A stretch of 64,000 nt of DNA from Alphaproteobacteria bacterium. GTDB lineage: Bacteria; Pseudomonadota; Alphaproteobacteria; Rickettsiales; SXRF01. Below the pieces are notes generated by a model. That model did not search any database and was not told the DNA's origin. It worked only from the letters and a program-made list of their open reading frames with translations. Where the stretch lies: the NCBI GenBank assembly GCA_020049775.1, contig JAGVLO010000006.1, positions 2,666-66,665 of the forward strand. Reading direction: 5' to 3'. The stretch's first letter is position 1. Each line of letters opens with the position of its first letter. A program made the position numbers and the translations under genes. This document shows positions 36,618 to 45,770 of this stretch, in pieces.

Positions 36618-37919
36618 ATGCCTGAAATGATTCCGGAACCCTCTGAAACAGATAGAATCAAGCCAGATTTATCACTGGTGCATGACATTTCGTTCGCCGA
36701 TAAGAATACTTTCACTCACCCCTATCTGTCGCATTACACAAAGGATAATAAACATCTTTATTATCTTGGCGTAAAACATGGCAAAGATTTTGAAACACGC
36801 AGCCATGACATGATACTGCAGGCGGTTTCAAAGCATAAACCCCAGCTTATTGTGATTGAGGGATTGGCAACAGAAGCGGGAATCTCGCCTTCATTCGGCC
36901 TCGACCCCCAAAAACCCGGATCGGTGTCGCGGTTTTTAAATCATGAAGAAAACATCCATACCGCAGAACTCGCCCGCTCAAAAAAGATACCGTTTATAGG
37001 TGGTGAGCCTTCGTCCAAGGCAGTCTTTGAGGCGCTCGATAGGCAAGGCTATTCTAATAAAGAAACAATGGCAGCTTATTTATTACGCAATATTTCCGTA
37101 TGGAAACGCAAAGGAGGGCTTAACAAGGACATCCTTCACCAGCAAGCGGATGTATTTCTCTCAAAGGACCCTATCTTCAAACATATTCCAGAGGAAGACA
37201 GGCTTACATTTGATGAGTTTAAATCATGGTATGATTCTCATAAACACGAGCTGGGCAACAAGGATATGCTGGACGTCGTTGCGGCAGATACCAATTACAA
37301 CGGCAGACCTGATGCTAATTATTTCCAGCGTCTAACTAAAATAATGGACAGGGTTCGCGACGATCACCTGATCAATGTAATTGCCGATTCTGCCTCCGAG
37401 TATGATAAGGTCATGGTTGTGTATGGGAACGCACATCAGTTTGTATCTGCACCTGTTTTTGAAAAAATGTTTGGTGGCGAGGCGCAGAAGGAAATGCTCA
37501 CCCTGAACGAGGTGACAGCGCCTGATCCCAAAGCAGCGCCAGCAGCTTCCGTTCAAAATGCTGAAGATGTATCACAGCCGGAAAAAGCTTATACTCTGCC
37601 AAAATGGCTCAAATATGGGAGCATCGCATTGCTGGGCGCGGGCATCACGACATTGACATTAGGTGCTGCGCCCCTGGTAACGGCTGCATTGCTGGTTGGT
37701 AGCGGCATAGCATTTACTGGCAGTAAAGTGACCGAAGCTAAACCACAGCCTATGACAGCAGTGCCGGAGGTGGCTAATAACTCATCAGATTCTTCTGCAG
37801 AAAAAGATGCTGTATTGCCGAAAGCGGTTGAGCCAAATCCAAGCCGCAAGGATGGGAAATCATGGGTGGCCAGTTCAAGCCCGCCGCCTGCTGAACAGCA
37901 ACTTCCCAGATCATTATAA
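36618..37919 (+). CDS. Hypothetical protein, C-terminally membrane-anchored; possible TraB/GumN/Tiki-superfamily domain (weak).
   Basis: YYLGVKHG (GxxH-like), LIVIEG, two C-terminal hydrophobic helices. Start ATG 36618 or TTG 36591. Confidence 0.35.
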   Translation: MPEMIPEPSETDRIKPDLSLVHDISFADKNTFTHPYLSHYTKDNKHLYYLGVKHGKDFETRSHDMILQAVSKHKPQLIVIEGLATEAGISPSFGLDPQKPGSVSRFLNHEENIHTAELARSKKIPFIGGEPSSKAVFEALDRQGYSNKETMAAYLLRNISVWKRKGGLNKDILHQQADVFLSKDPIFKHIPEEDRLTFDEFKSWYDSHKHELGNKDMLDVVAADTNYNGRPDANYFQRLTKIMDRVRDDHLINVIADSASEYDKVMVVYGNAHQFVSAPVFEKMFGGEAQKEMLTLNEVTAPDPKAAPAASVQNAEDVSQPEKAYTLPKWLKYGSIALLGAGITTLTLGAAPLVTAALLVGSGIAFTGSKVTEAKPQPMTAVPEVANNSSDSSAEKDAVLPKAVEPNPSRKDGKSWVASSSPPPAEQQLPRSL

Positions 37920-37936
37920 CATTTCATATAAGCAGC

Positions 37937-37947
37937 CCATAAAACAG
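37937..37947. repeat. Left copy of the 11-nt direct repeat CCATAAAACAG bracketing GC-rich cassette 1.
   Basis: Exact match to 38448..38458. Confidence 0.8.
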
Positions 37948-37975
37948 AAACCCCACAACCCTTGCGGGTGTGGGG
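37941..37975 (-). terminator. Intrinsic terminator of GC-rich orphan gene 1.
   Basis: On the minus strand: CCCCACACCC-gcaa-GGGTTGTGGGG (10-bp GC-rich stem, one bulge) followed by TTTCTGTTTT. It begins 30 nt after the stop. Confidence 0.7.
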
Positions 37976-38004
37976 TTCTGCTGCTCATTGCTGAGCAAGT
38001 TCGA

Positions 38005-38334
38005 TCACTTGTTGCCGATCTCCAAGTAGAAGACGGCGCAGGGCACGTCGCCGTGCTTGTCCGTGATGTCGGTCAGGCCGTCCTTGTAGACGACCATGTT
38101 GACGACGTGCGGCATGAACAGCTTGTACATGCTGGGCATGAGGTTCGTGGCGAACGCCAACTCCTCGCGGGTGGGCGTGTTCCACGACATGGCCACCCAG
38201 CACTGGTAGCCGCTGTGGCGCACCACGGCCATCACCTTCTTCTCGCCCGCCTCGTCCAGCGCCTTCTTGACGGCGTTGAACGTGGTGAACTCCGGGATCG
38301 GCAGCGCGTCGAACTCTTTCGTCTCGGTGCTCAT
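38005..38334 (-). CDS. Orphan 109-aa protein of unknown function; compositionally foreign (GC3-saturated).
   Basis: ATG with AGAGGA 8 nt upstream and a TGA stop. By manual reading all codons but one (AAA) end in G/C. Local GC is clearly >60% against a mid-40s background. No family recognised. Confidence 0.7.
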   Translation of the reverse strand: MSTETKEFDALPIPEFTTFNAVKKALDEAGEKKVMAVVRHSGYQCWVAMSWNTPTREELAFATNLMPSMYKLFMPHVVNMVVYKDGLTDITDKHGDVPCAVFYLEIGNK

Positions 38335-38348
38335 GGCATCGATCCTCT

Positions 38349-38382
38349 ACCACATTTTAGTGTGGTGTTTAGGACAGTGTCC
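38349..38382 (-). promoter_or_regulatory. Two short palindromes in the leader/promoter region of orphan gene 1 (candidate operators).
   Basis: ACCACA-ttttag-TGTGGT (38349..38366) and GGACA-G-TGTCC (38372..38382), 15-50 nt upstream of the ATG. Confidence 0.35.
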
Positions 38383-38447
38383 GCAAGTTGTTTTCCTCCC
38401 TGACAAGAGAGGATAGTAAAGAAACAACTCGGAACATCCCCAATTTA

Positions 38448-38458
38448 CCATAAAACAG
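38448..38458. repeat. Right copy of the 11-nt direct repeat CCATAAAACAG bracketing GC-rich cassette 1.
   Basis: Exact match to 37937..37947. The two copies are 511 nt apart. Confidence 0.8.
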
Positions 38459-38562
38459 GGCCGCCCAATGTTACGACTTGGTTAAAATACATGAGCAAAA
38501 TCAATTGGCTGAGCCAACATGAAAAAGCCAAAATATTGATTTTTCAGGAAACTGGGAGGAAA

Positions 38563-38637
38563 TGGTGCCGCTTAAGTGATTCGAACACTTGACCTACCGC
38601 TTACAAGGCGGTTGCTCTACCCCTGAGCTAAAGCGGC
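38563..38637 (-). tRNA. tRNA-Thr (anticodon UGU), CCA encoded.
   Basis: RC reads GCCGCTTTAGCTCAGGGGTAGAGCAACCGCCTTGTAAGCGGTAGGTCAAGTGTTCGAATCACTTAAGCGGCACCA. Clean cloverleaf with anticodon loop CTTGTAA. Confidence 0.9.
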
Positions 38638-38726
38638 ACATGGAGGCTTAAAACAGAGTAGCAATTAAGCGAAATGGGGGAAATAATCAATCGTTTGTTT
38701 CTGGCGTTTGTTATCAGAAAAAGGAA

Positions 38727-39296
38727 TCAGCGTGAAATGGATGATGTTTTGTCTTTTTCCTTGTCCTTTTGGGTATCAAGCCCAACCGATTCGCGGAAAC
38801 GGTCCATGTGGTCAGACATGGTTAACATGGCGCCAAGGGCAATACCGCTGACGGTGATGGCCAACCCGATGGCCTCGATTTTCTGGTTGCGATGCAGCCC
38901 TTTCCAGTAATCGGTAATACCGCGCATACCCCATGATTCAAAGCGGCTTTTTACACTCTGCCTGTATGTTTCGTTGATGCCGTGGATTGCGGTAGAAAGA
39001 TTAACTGCTGGGTTGTGCTTTGCTTCATCCATGACGGCCTTGATGGCAGTGTCCTGAATCGTTTGCAGATCAACGAAATGCTTCCTTTTGGCAAAGTTGG
39101 TGTAGATGCTGCGGCGGATGGACGCATCGCCCACATAATAGCCAACAGCCGCCGAAATAGGATAGGCGACGATATTGAGCATGCGCTCCCACATCGGCAA
39201 TTTTTCTTTTGCCGGTGGCTGGGTTGTATCCTGCGTTTTGGTGGTATTCGTATCGGCCATTTTACGTCCTTGGGTCGCGATTATGCAGGGTAGCAT
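38727..39296 (-). CDS. Hypothetical membrane protein.
   Basis: 189-aa ORF (alternative ATG at 39260, MADTNTTK...) with two hydrophobic helices. No family recognised. Confidence 0.45.
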   Translation of the reverse strand: MLPCIIATQGRKMADTNTTKTQDTTQPPAKEKLPMWERMLNIVAYPISAAVGYYVGDASIRRSIYTNFAKRKHFVDLQTIQDTAIKAVMDEAKHNPAVNLSTAIHGINETYRQSVKSRFESWGMRGITDYWKGLHRNQKIEAIGLAITVSGIALGAMLTMSDHMDRFRESVGLDTQKDKEKDKTSSISR

Positions 39297-39380
39297 TACA
39301 GGGCAGGGTGGTCAATTCCTTAACAACTAACAACGCAGGCGGGAAAATAATTGAAAAAAATATAAATAACAGCCTGTTAT

Positions 39381-40769
39381 TTATTCGCTTCGGTACTCAC
39401 CTTCGCTTAGCCAGGTGCGGTGGTTAGCAGGCTTGCCGAAATAATAGCCCTGCATGAAATCTACGCCCATATCCATCAGGATTTTGGTGATTTCACCGTT
39501 TTCTACGAACTCGGCGACAGTTTGCAGCCCAAATCCTTGCGCAAAATCGAGCAGGGTTTTGACGAAGAACTGGTTGTCGGCGCTGTGGGCAAGGTCTTTG
39601 ATGAATACGCCGTCGATTTTCACCATATCCACCGACAATGCCTTCAGTTGTCGGAAAGAAGTATAGCCGGATCCGAAATCGTCGAGCGCAATCTGCACAC
39701 CCATGGCCTGCAGGGACGCGACGAAGAAAGCGGTACGCCGCAAGTCGCGATGCACAGCGGTTTCGGTGATTTCCACAATCAGCCGCTGGGCGACATCGGG
39801 CGAATCCTTGAGCAGGCTGGATATCGTATCAAGCCACACGGGGTTTTCCGTGGTCATGTTCGATACGTTGAACGCCAGTATCACCTTGGGGTCGTGGCGC
39901 AGTTCCTGAATCACCATTTCCATTACCATGGTGTCGATGAGATCGATAAGGCCCATTTTTTCCGCGATCGGAATCAGTGCGCCGGCAGAGCTGATCTTAC
40001 CGGTCTGGTTGACCAGTCGTAAGAGCGCTTCGTAATGCGCAGTTTCACCGGTGGTGCTTTTAATGATTGGTTGGTAAGCGAGGCGCAGGCGCTTTTCCTT
40101 GAATGCTTTGAACAGGTAATTGGCTAACCCCATCTGCTGGCGACATTGGCCGGCTTCCAGGCGAGTCATTTCATAAGTGCGGTAGGGGCTGCTCTGGGTG
40201 CTGTTGACGGCGACATAGGCTTTGTCGAGCGCGTCATTGGCGCTGGTGGTTTCCAGCGGGAAGCTGACGATGCCGATGGTGCCGATGATGTATAATGCGG
40301 CAGTGGCAAAGCTGTCGCGGCCAAAATTCTGGATGGTGTTGTGGATGCGGCGTGCAATAAGCGCGGCGTCTTCGGGATAGCTGTTGGTGAGGATAATGCC
40401 AAGCTGGTCGCGCTGCAGGCGGTGTACGGTTTCGCCTGGCGACAGCATGGATTCAATCATCTTGGTCAAGTCGTGGATAACGATTTCCGACGTGTCATGG
40501 CCGTAGGCGTTGATAATCATCGACAGGTTGCTGATGGATACAATCAGCATAGAACCCGAGGTATGCGATGCAATAACGTCTTGTATGGTTTTTTCCAGCA
40601 GACCTACGAATTCGGGGGGATAAAAATTGCTGCCGGGCATGTTCGAGGGCTGGCGCGACATGTCATCCACGATGTCTGAAAGCGGGGTAGATGCCACAGG
40701 CTCATTACCCGTGGTCAGCGACGTGGTGGTATCGGTGATTGAACTATGCGAACTTTCCCTAAACAGCAT
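39381..40769 (-). CDS. c-di-GMP signalling protein: degenerate GGDEF domain + EAL phosphodiesterase domain.
   Basis: EAL-domain motifs YQPIIK...HYEALLRL, EITE, DDFGSGYTSFRQLKALSVDMVKIDG and QGYYFGKP. The preceding ~170 aa are GGDEF-like but lack a clean GG(D/E)EF. Confidence 0.8.
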   Translation of the reverse strand: MLFRESSHSSITDTTTSLTTGNEPVASTPLSDIVDDMSRQPSNMPGSNFYPPEFVGLLEKTIQDVIASHTSGSMLIVSISNLSMIINAYGHDTSEIVIHDLTKMIESMLSPGETVHRLQRDQLGIILTNSYPEDAALIARRIHNTIQNFGRDSFATAALYIIGTIGIVSFPLETTSANDALDKAYVAVNSTQSSPYRTYEMTRLEAGQCRQQMGLANYLFKAFKEKRLRLAYQPIIKSTTGETAHYEALLRLVNQTGKISSAGALIPIAEKMGLIDLIDTMVMEMVIQELRHDPKVILAFNVSNMTTENPVWLDTISSLLKDSPDVAQRLIVEITETAVHRDLRRTAFFVASLQAMGVQIALDDFGSGYTSFRQLKALSVDMVKIDGVFIKDLAHSADNQFFVKTLLDFAQGFGLQTVAEFVENGEITKILMDMGVDFMQGYYFGKPANHRTWLSEGEYRSE

Positions 40770-41088
40770 CCCAACCCTTTGGCCGAAGCCTCAGCCTTAA
40801 TTTTTTATGGGGTTTTGCCCCTTTAAAATCCCAGTCTTTATTCCCGTTGCATACAAAAGCTTGATAGGGCTTGTGTCTGCTGCATTAACCATCTTCCCAG
40901 AAAGTAGTTAACGTTTATTGAAGGCAGTGCCGGAAAATGGCCCCAAAAATCAATGTTTTCACGATGATGCCACGGTCCAAAACCCAGCATTCAGGATAAC
41001 AATAAATGGTAAAGGGTTGGTTTATGGAGTTTTATTTAATTATTATAGATGGTTGCATACGGAAAATAGCTGTATCTATATGATACGG

Positions 41089-41946
41089 CTAAAAGAAAAC
41101 GCTTAAAAAAGCGGCAAAAACCAACCAACCTAATTTTGTATTCGAAACAAAAATGCGCCTGCAGGATGCTGGATCGTCGAGATTGACATGGCATAGTTGC
41201 CAGCCTAGCTGCAACATTACGCCGATGAGCAAAATGAAGAACCATATAGCGCTGCCAACCAGCCACGCCGCCGCCATCCAGCCGGACAGTGCCAGCAGGT
41301 AAAACAGGCCCACGGCTTTTTTGGTATATTCGCCCAGTCGCAGGGCAGTGGATTTTACTCCGATCCGCGCATCGTCCTTTTTGTCTTGATGGGCGTAGAT
41401 AGTGTCATAGCCCAGCGTCCAGAAGACGCAGCCCACATATAAGGCGATCGCGGGTGCATCCACTGTGCCGCGTACGGCCGCCCAGCCCATGAGCGCTCCC
41501 CAGTTAAATGTCAGGCCAAGGAAGAGCTGCGGCCACCAGCTTATGCGCTTCATAAACGGGTAGGAGACCACGGGCAGCAGCGAAAGCGCAGCCCACAGCG
41601 TCACGACTTCACCCAAATGCAACGCAATGGCGGCAGAAGCTAGCAGCAGCAGCGCCAGCAATGCCAGCGCTTGCTTTACGGACAGTTCGCCGCTAGCCAG
41701 CGGGCGGGTGCGCGTGCGCTCCACCTGCTTGTCGAATTCGCGGTCGGCAATATCGTTGATAATGCAGCCGGCGCTTCGCATCAGCACTGCGCCAAGCGCA
41801 AACAGCGCGAGCAGTGGCAGCGAAGGATTTCCCCCTGACGCCAGCGCGATTGACCACCAGCACGGCCATAACAAAAGCCATATGCCTACTGGCTGGTGCA
41901 GGCGCATCAAGCGAAAATAAGGGGAAATGATGGCAGACAGAGACAA
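41089..41946 (-). CDS. ubiA: 4-hydroxybenzoate polyprenyltransferase (UbiA family).
   Basis: RLMRLHQPVGIWLLLWPCWWSIAL...NDIADREFDKQVERTRTRPLASGELS. The likely TTG start at 41946 has GGAAGGA upstream, with an alternative ATG at 41907. The 481-aa ORF in the track is an artefactual upstream extension. Confidence 0.85.
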   Translation of the reverse strand: MSLSAIISPYFRLMRLHQPVGIWLLLWPCWWSIALASGGNPSLPLLALFALGAVLMRSAGCIINDIADREFDKQVERTRTRPLASGELSVKQALALLALLLLASAAIALHLGEVVTLWAALSLLPVVSYPFMKRISWWPQLFLGLTFNWGALMGWAAVRGTVDAPAIALYVGCVFWTLGYDTIYAHQDKKDDARIGVKSTALRLGEYTKKAVGLFYLLALSGWMAAAWLVGSAIWFFILLIGVMLQLGWQLCHVNLDDPASCRRIFVSNTKLGWLVFAAFLSVFF

Positions 41947-41985
41947 CTTTACATTATTCCTTCCGGCGTTTAGCGTGTGCGCAGT

Positions 41986-42747
41986 ATGCACGTCACAAAA
42001 CCTAAAATACGCCTGTTTGTCAACGAACCGTTCCGCGCGGGGGCGCTGCTTGCGCTTGGATCTGGGCAATCGCACTACTTGTCGCATGTCATGCGCTGCC
42101 GTGCGGGTGATGCTGTGGCCGTGTTTAACGGCAGCGACGGGCAGTGGCGTGCGGAAGTGCAAGATATGGGTAAGAAGTCGGTGACGCTGTTGCTGCGCGA
42201 CCAGATGGAGAAACAGAAATCCAGCCCCGATATATGGCTGGCCTTCGCACCCATCAAAAACAAAACAGAGCTGGTGGTGGAAAAAGCTACCGAGCTGGGG
42301 GCAAGCGCATTGCTTACAGTATTCACGCGCCATGCCGTGGTGCGCAGCGTGAACATGGATAAATTGCAGGCGCACGCCATAGAGGCAGCGGAACAATGCG
42401 AACGCCATGATGTACCGCGCATCGAACAATACAAGGACCTTGGTGCGTTGCTTTCCGCATGGCCGCAAGGACGCATATTGCTTTATGCTGATGAAAGCGG
42501 CGCCGGCGAGGACTTGAAAACAATGCTTCCGCAACTACCTAAAAGCAGCTATGCCATACTTATCGGGCCAGAAGGTGGCTTCGCTGCCGAAGAACAACAT
42601 ATACTGCGGCAGGCAGCCTTTGTCCGTCCGTTCTGCATGGGGCCGCGTATATTGCGTGCTGATACGGCAGCGGTAGCAGCGCTTGCCTGCGTGCAGGCAT
42701 GGTTGGGTGACTGGCAGGAAAAACCACATTTTGAGGCGGCAGGCTAA
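41986..42747 (+). CDS. rsmE: 16S rRNA (uracil1498-N3)-methyltransferase.
   Basis: RLFVNEP...GDAVAVFNGSDGQWRAEV...IWLAFAPIKNKTELVVEKATELGA...ILIGPEGGFAAEE...LGPRILRADTAAVAALA is canonical RsmE. Confidence 0.85.
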   Translation: MHVTKPKIRLFVNEPFRAGALLALGSGQSHYLSHVMRCRAGDAVAVFNGSDGQWRAEVQDMGKKSVTLLLRDQMEKQKSSPDIWLAFAPIKNKTELVVEKATELGASALLTVFTRHAVVRSVNMDKLQAHAIEAAEQCERHDVPRIEQYKDLGALLSAWPQGRILLYADESGAGEDLKTMLPQLPKSSYAILIGPEGGFAAEEQHILRQAAFVRPFCMGPRILRADTAAVAALACVQAWLGDWQEKPHFEAAG

Positions 42748-42750
42748 ACA

Positions 42751-44013
42751 ATGGCAGCAATACTGGAACAATTAAAGGCGTTGAACGAAGCGCGTGGTGA
42801 AGATATCGAACGCTGGTTTGCGATCAAGCGTGCGCAGGCTGTACCATTTCTCTATACGTCGGTGGATTTACGCCATTCCGGACTGCGCCTTGTGCCGGTG
42901 GATACCAATTTATATCCGGCGGGTTTTAACAATCTGTCACCGCGTGCGCGTATGCGTGCTTCGCGCTTTTTTGTACGTTTTCTTACCGATCGCTTTCCGA
43001 ATGCAAAGCGTGTATTGATTGTACCGGAAAACCACACGCGCAATCTTGGTTATCTCGAAAATCTTGCCGTATTGCAGGACATCCTCACTGAATCAGGCAT
43101 GGAAGTGCGTATCGGCAGCCTTATCGCCGAAGCCGGAAAGCCCATTGAGCTACAGTCGGTATCCGGCCGCAAGCTGCTGGAACAGCCTATGAAGCGCGAT
43201 GGCAACGCGTTGCAGCTGGGAGACGGGTTTACGCCCGATATCGTGGTGATGAACAATGACATGACGGCGGGCGTGCCGCCGCTTTTGGAAGGTGTGTCGC
43301 AGCCCGTATTGCCACCGGTGAGTATGGGCTGGTGGCGCCGCCGCAAGAGCGTACATTTTTCTGCATACCGCACGCTGGTGGAAGAATTCGGCGCGGCATT
43401 TAACCTCGACCCATGGCTGCTATGCGCCGAGTTCCATGCCTGCGGGCGCGTGGATTTCAAGGAAAGCACGGGGCTGGACTGTGTGGCCAAGGGCATCGAA
43501 AAAGTACTGTCTTGCGTGCGTGAAAAATACAAGCGCTACGGCATTACCGAAGATCCGTATGTGTTTATCAAGGCCGACAGCGGCACGTACGGCATGGGCA
43601 TTATGACGGTGCGCTCACCGGAAGAAATTCTCGAACTCAACAAGAAAAACCGCAACAAGATGCAGGTGATAAAAGAAGGTGCGCGCGTCAGCGAGGTGAT
43701 TATTCAGGAAGGCATTCCAACGGCTGATATCGTTGCCGGAAAACCTGCCGAGCCGATGGTGTATATGATAGACGGCGTGCCTATTGGCGGCATGTTCCGC
43801 GTCAATGGCGAGCGCGACGCGTTTGGAAATCTCAATGCGTCAGGCATGGAATTTACCGGCATGTGCGACGAGGTGGAACAGGATGTTTGCGGCGAATGGA
43901 AATCGGTGCAGGATTGCCATTTTCGCTCCTACGGCATTGTGGCAGCGATTGCAGCGTTGGCCGCTGCACGTGAGGATTACAGCCAGTCCTTAAGCCTGAA
44001 GGCGTGCAGCTAG
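42751..44013 (+). CDS. Glutamate-cysteine ligase of the small proteobacterial 'GshA, T. ferrooxidans-type' family.
   Basis: FLYTSVDLRHSGLRLVPVDTNLYPAGFNNL and a ~420-aa length match my recollection of that family. Needs an HMM check. Confidence 0.55.
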   Translation: MAAILEQLKALNEARGEDIERWFAIKRAQAVPFLYTSVDLRHSGLRLVPVDTNLYPAGFNNLSPRARMRASRFFVRFLTDRFPNAKRVLIVPENHTRNLGYLENLAVLQDILTESGMEVRIGSLIAEAGKPIELQSVSGRKLLEQPMKRDGNALQLGDGFTPDIVVMNNDMTAGVPPLLEGVSQPVLPPVSMGWWRRRKSVHFSAYRTLVEEFGAAFNLDPWLLCAEFHACGRVDFKESTGLDCVAKGIEKVLSCVREKYKRYGITEDPYVFIKADSGTYGMGIMTVRSPEEILELNKKNRNKMQVIKEGARVSEVIIQEGIPTADIVAGKPAEPMVYMIDGVPIGGMFRVNGERDAFGNLNASGMEFTGMCDEVEQDVCGEWKSVQDCHFRSYGIVAAIAALAAAREDYSQSLSLKACS

Positions 44014-45246
44014 CGTATTGTACGGCAATATATGTGACACGTCGCCCAGCGCGGTGACGGTGAGTTTTCCCTTGGTGATTTTTGCCCCGAGTTTCTGGAT
44101 ATCGCTTTTGCCGACGGCGTCGATGCGCGCGGAAATGTCCTTGGCGGTTCGGTATTCGCCGAACATCATCAAATGCCTGCCAATCCATCCGGCTACTGTC
44201 TGCGGGTTTTCACGCGCCATCAGCAGTTCCGCTTTTTGCTGGTTCTTGGCGCGTTGCAATTCGGTATCGCTTACCTCATGTGCCATGGCTGCAACCTGAT
44301 CGCACAATACAGAAGACAGCTCTTCCGCACGTTCCGGCGCCGTTCCCGCATAGATGCTTAAGATGCCGCAATCCTCGTATGATGAACCCATGGAATATAC
44401 CGTGTAGGCCAGCCCGCGCTTTTCACGCACTTCTTGAAACAGGCGCGATGACATGCCGCCGCCCAAGATATTGGAATAAAGCTGCAGCGTGTAATATTCC
44501 GGCTCGTGCATGGCTACGGCGGGAAGTCCCATCAGCAGATGCAGCTGTTCCAGCTCGCGCTGGGTGCGTTTGTCGCCGCCCTTGTAGGTGGCCTTGGTGA
44601 AATCCGGCCCAGCTGTCTCTTTCGGCAGGTTGAAATATTCTTTTACCAGTGCCACGAACGCGTCATGGTCGATATTGCCTGCGGCGGAGATGACCAGACG
44701 CGGCGGTTTGTAATGTGTGGCCATATAAGCTATGAGGTCGTCGCGCGTGTAAGAAGCTACGCGTTCTTCGGTGCCTAATATAGACCGACCGAGTGGCTGG
44801 CCGGGGAAGGCGGTGTCGTCGAAATGATCAACAATCAGGTCGTCCGGCGTGTCGTGGTGCATACCGATTTCCTGAATGATAACGTCTTTTTCGCGCTCAA
44901 GTTCGTCCTTGTCGAACACGGAATTCTGCATGATGTCAGCGAGAATATCCACGGCAAGGCGCGTGTTTTCTTTAAGCACCTTGGCGTAATACACGGTCAT
45001 TTCCATCGAGGTATAGGCGTTGAGCTGGCCGCCGATATTGTCGAAAGCTTCGGCGATGTCGCGGGCGCTGCGCGTTTTCGTGCCTTTGAACGCCATATGT
45101 TCCAGCACGTGCGAAATGCCGTTATTCTTATCATTTTCGTAGCGCGCGCCGACACCGGTGGTAACGGTGACTGCCACGCTTTCCACACCGGGAAGCAATT
45201 CGCTGGCCACGCGCAGGCCGTTATCAAGGGTGGTGAGTCTGTACAT
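43990..45246 (-). CDS. M16-family (pitrilysin/insulinase-like) zinc peptidase.
   Basis: Inverted zinc motif GISHVLEHMAFKGT (HxxEH) near the N-terminus. ~420 aa. Confidence 0.85.
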   Translation of the reverse strand: MYRLTTLDNGLRVASELLPGVESVAVTVTTGVGARYENDKNNGISHVLEHMAFKGTKTRSARDIAEAFDNIGGQLNAYTSMEMTVYYAKVLKENTRLAVDILADIMQNSVFDKDELEREKDVIIQEIGMHHDTPDDLIVDHFDDTAFPGQPLGRSILGTEERVASYTRDDLIAYMATHYKPPRLVISAAGNIDHDAFVALVKEYFNLPKETAGPDFTKATYKGGDKRTQRELEQLHLLMGLPAVAMHEPEYYTLQLYSNILGGGMSSRLFQEVREKRGLAYTVYSMGSSYEDCGILSIYAGTAPERAEELSSVLCDQVAAMAHEVSDTELQRAKNQQKAELLMARENPQTVAGWIGRHLMMFGEYRTAKDISARIDAVGKSDIQKLGAKITKGKLTVTALGDVSHILPYNTLAARLQA

Positions 45247-45248
45247 GG

Positions 45249-45770
45249 TTACCGCGCTTTCAGCTGGCGTGAGAATACAAAATCGACAAAGCGGAAATCA
45301 CCCATCTGCACTTCCTGACGGCCGCTTTCGACAAACCCGATATGGCGGTAAAAATCCATGGCGGGGAAGTTCTTCGGGTTGACGAGCAGGCGCATCTCCG
45401 AGGCGGGAGTGAAGGCTTTTTCAAGCACAGCGACGAGTGCCTTGCCAACGCCTTGCCCTTTGCAGGCGGGATCGACATAGATTTTTTTCAGCCACAGCAC
45501 GTCGTCCTCGCGGTAGCCGGACATGAACGCAACCGGACGCTCATCAATGCTGGCCAGCCAGAAACGGTGGCCGTTGGTCATCTGTTTTTTCAGGTCGTCA
45601 TGGCTGTACATGCGCTCGAGCATGTTGCTGATATGTTCGGGGAGCAATATGCCGTTATAGGCGACGGGCCAGATAGCGTGGGCAAGCTGCGAGATAACAG
45701 GGATATCCCGCTCGTCCGCCGGACGTATCGACAATCCGGCATCTATGGATTTGGCGTGCCGGCTCATCAC
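45249..45770 (-). CDS. GNAT-family N-acetyltransferase.
   Basis: Acetyl-CoA-binding motif ...IYVDPACKGQGVGKALV.... 173 aa. Confidence 0.7.
   Translation of the reverse strand: MMSRHAKSIDAGLSIRPADERDIPVISQLAHAIWPVAYNGILLPEHISNMLERMYSHDDLKKQMTNGHRFWLASIDERPVAFMSGYREDDVLWLKKIYVDPACKGQGVGKALVAVLEKAFTPASEMRLLVNPKNFPAMDFYRHIGFVESGRQEVQMGDFRFVDFVFSRQLKAR

Noticed and set aside
38372-38382. The cassette-1 leader palindrome GGACAGTGTCC shares the 8-mer CAGTGTCC with the island att-arm repeat CAGTGTCCCAC (8014, 8136). Considered as a possible link between the island recombinase and the cassette.
   Set aside because: An 8-mer is expected about twice by chance in 64 kb on both strands. There is no further similarity around it, so there is insufficient evidence for a functional link.
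37807-38403. Long overlapping ORFs (37807..38403 +, 37985..38353 -) around orphan gene 1.
   Set aside because: They are stop-codon-poor shadow frames caused by the local high GC, with Arg/Gly/His/Val-rich nonsense-like sequences. Only the 38005..38334 frame has an SD, a coherent codon pattern (G/C at position 3) and a terminator.
41089-42534. A 481-aa ORF in the track spanning ubiA and extending about 590 nt upstream.
   Set aside because: Only the C-terminal ~285 aa are UbiA-like. The N-terminal ~196 codons run antisense through the well-supported rsmE gene (41986..42747) and have odd composition (His/Cys/Arg-rich). A TTG with an SD at 41946 gives a normal-length UbiA.
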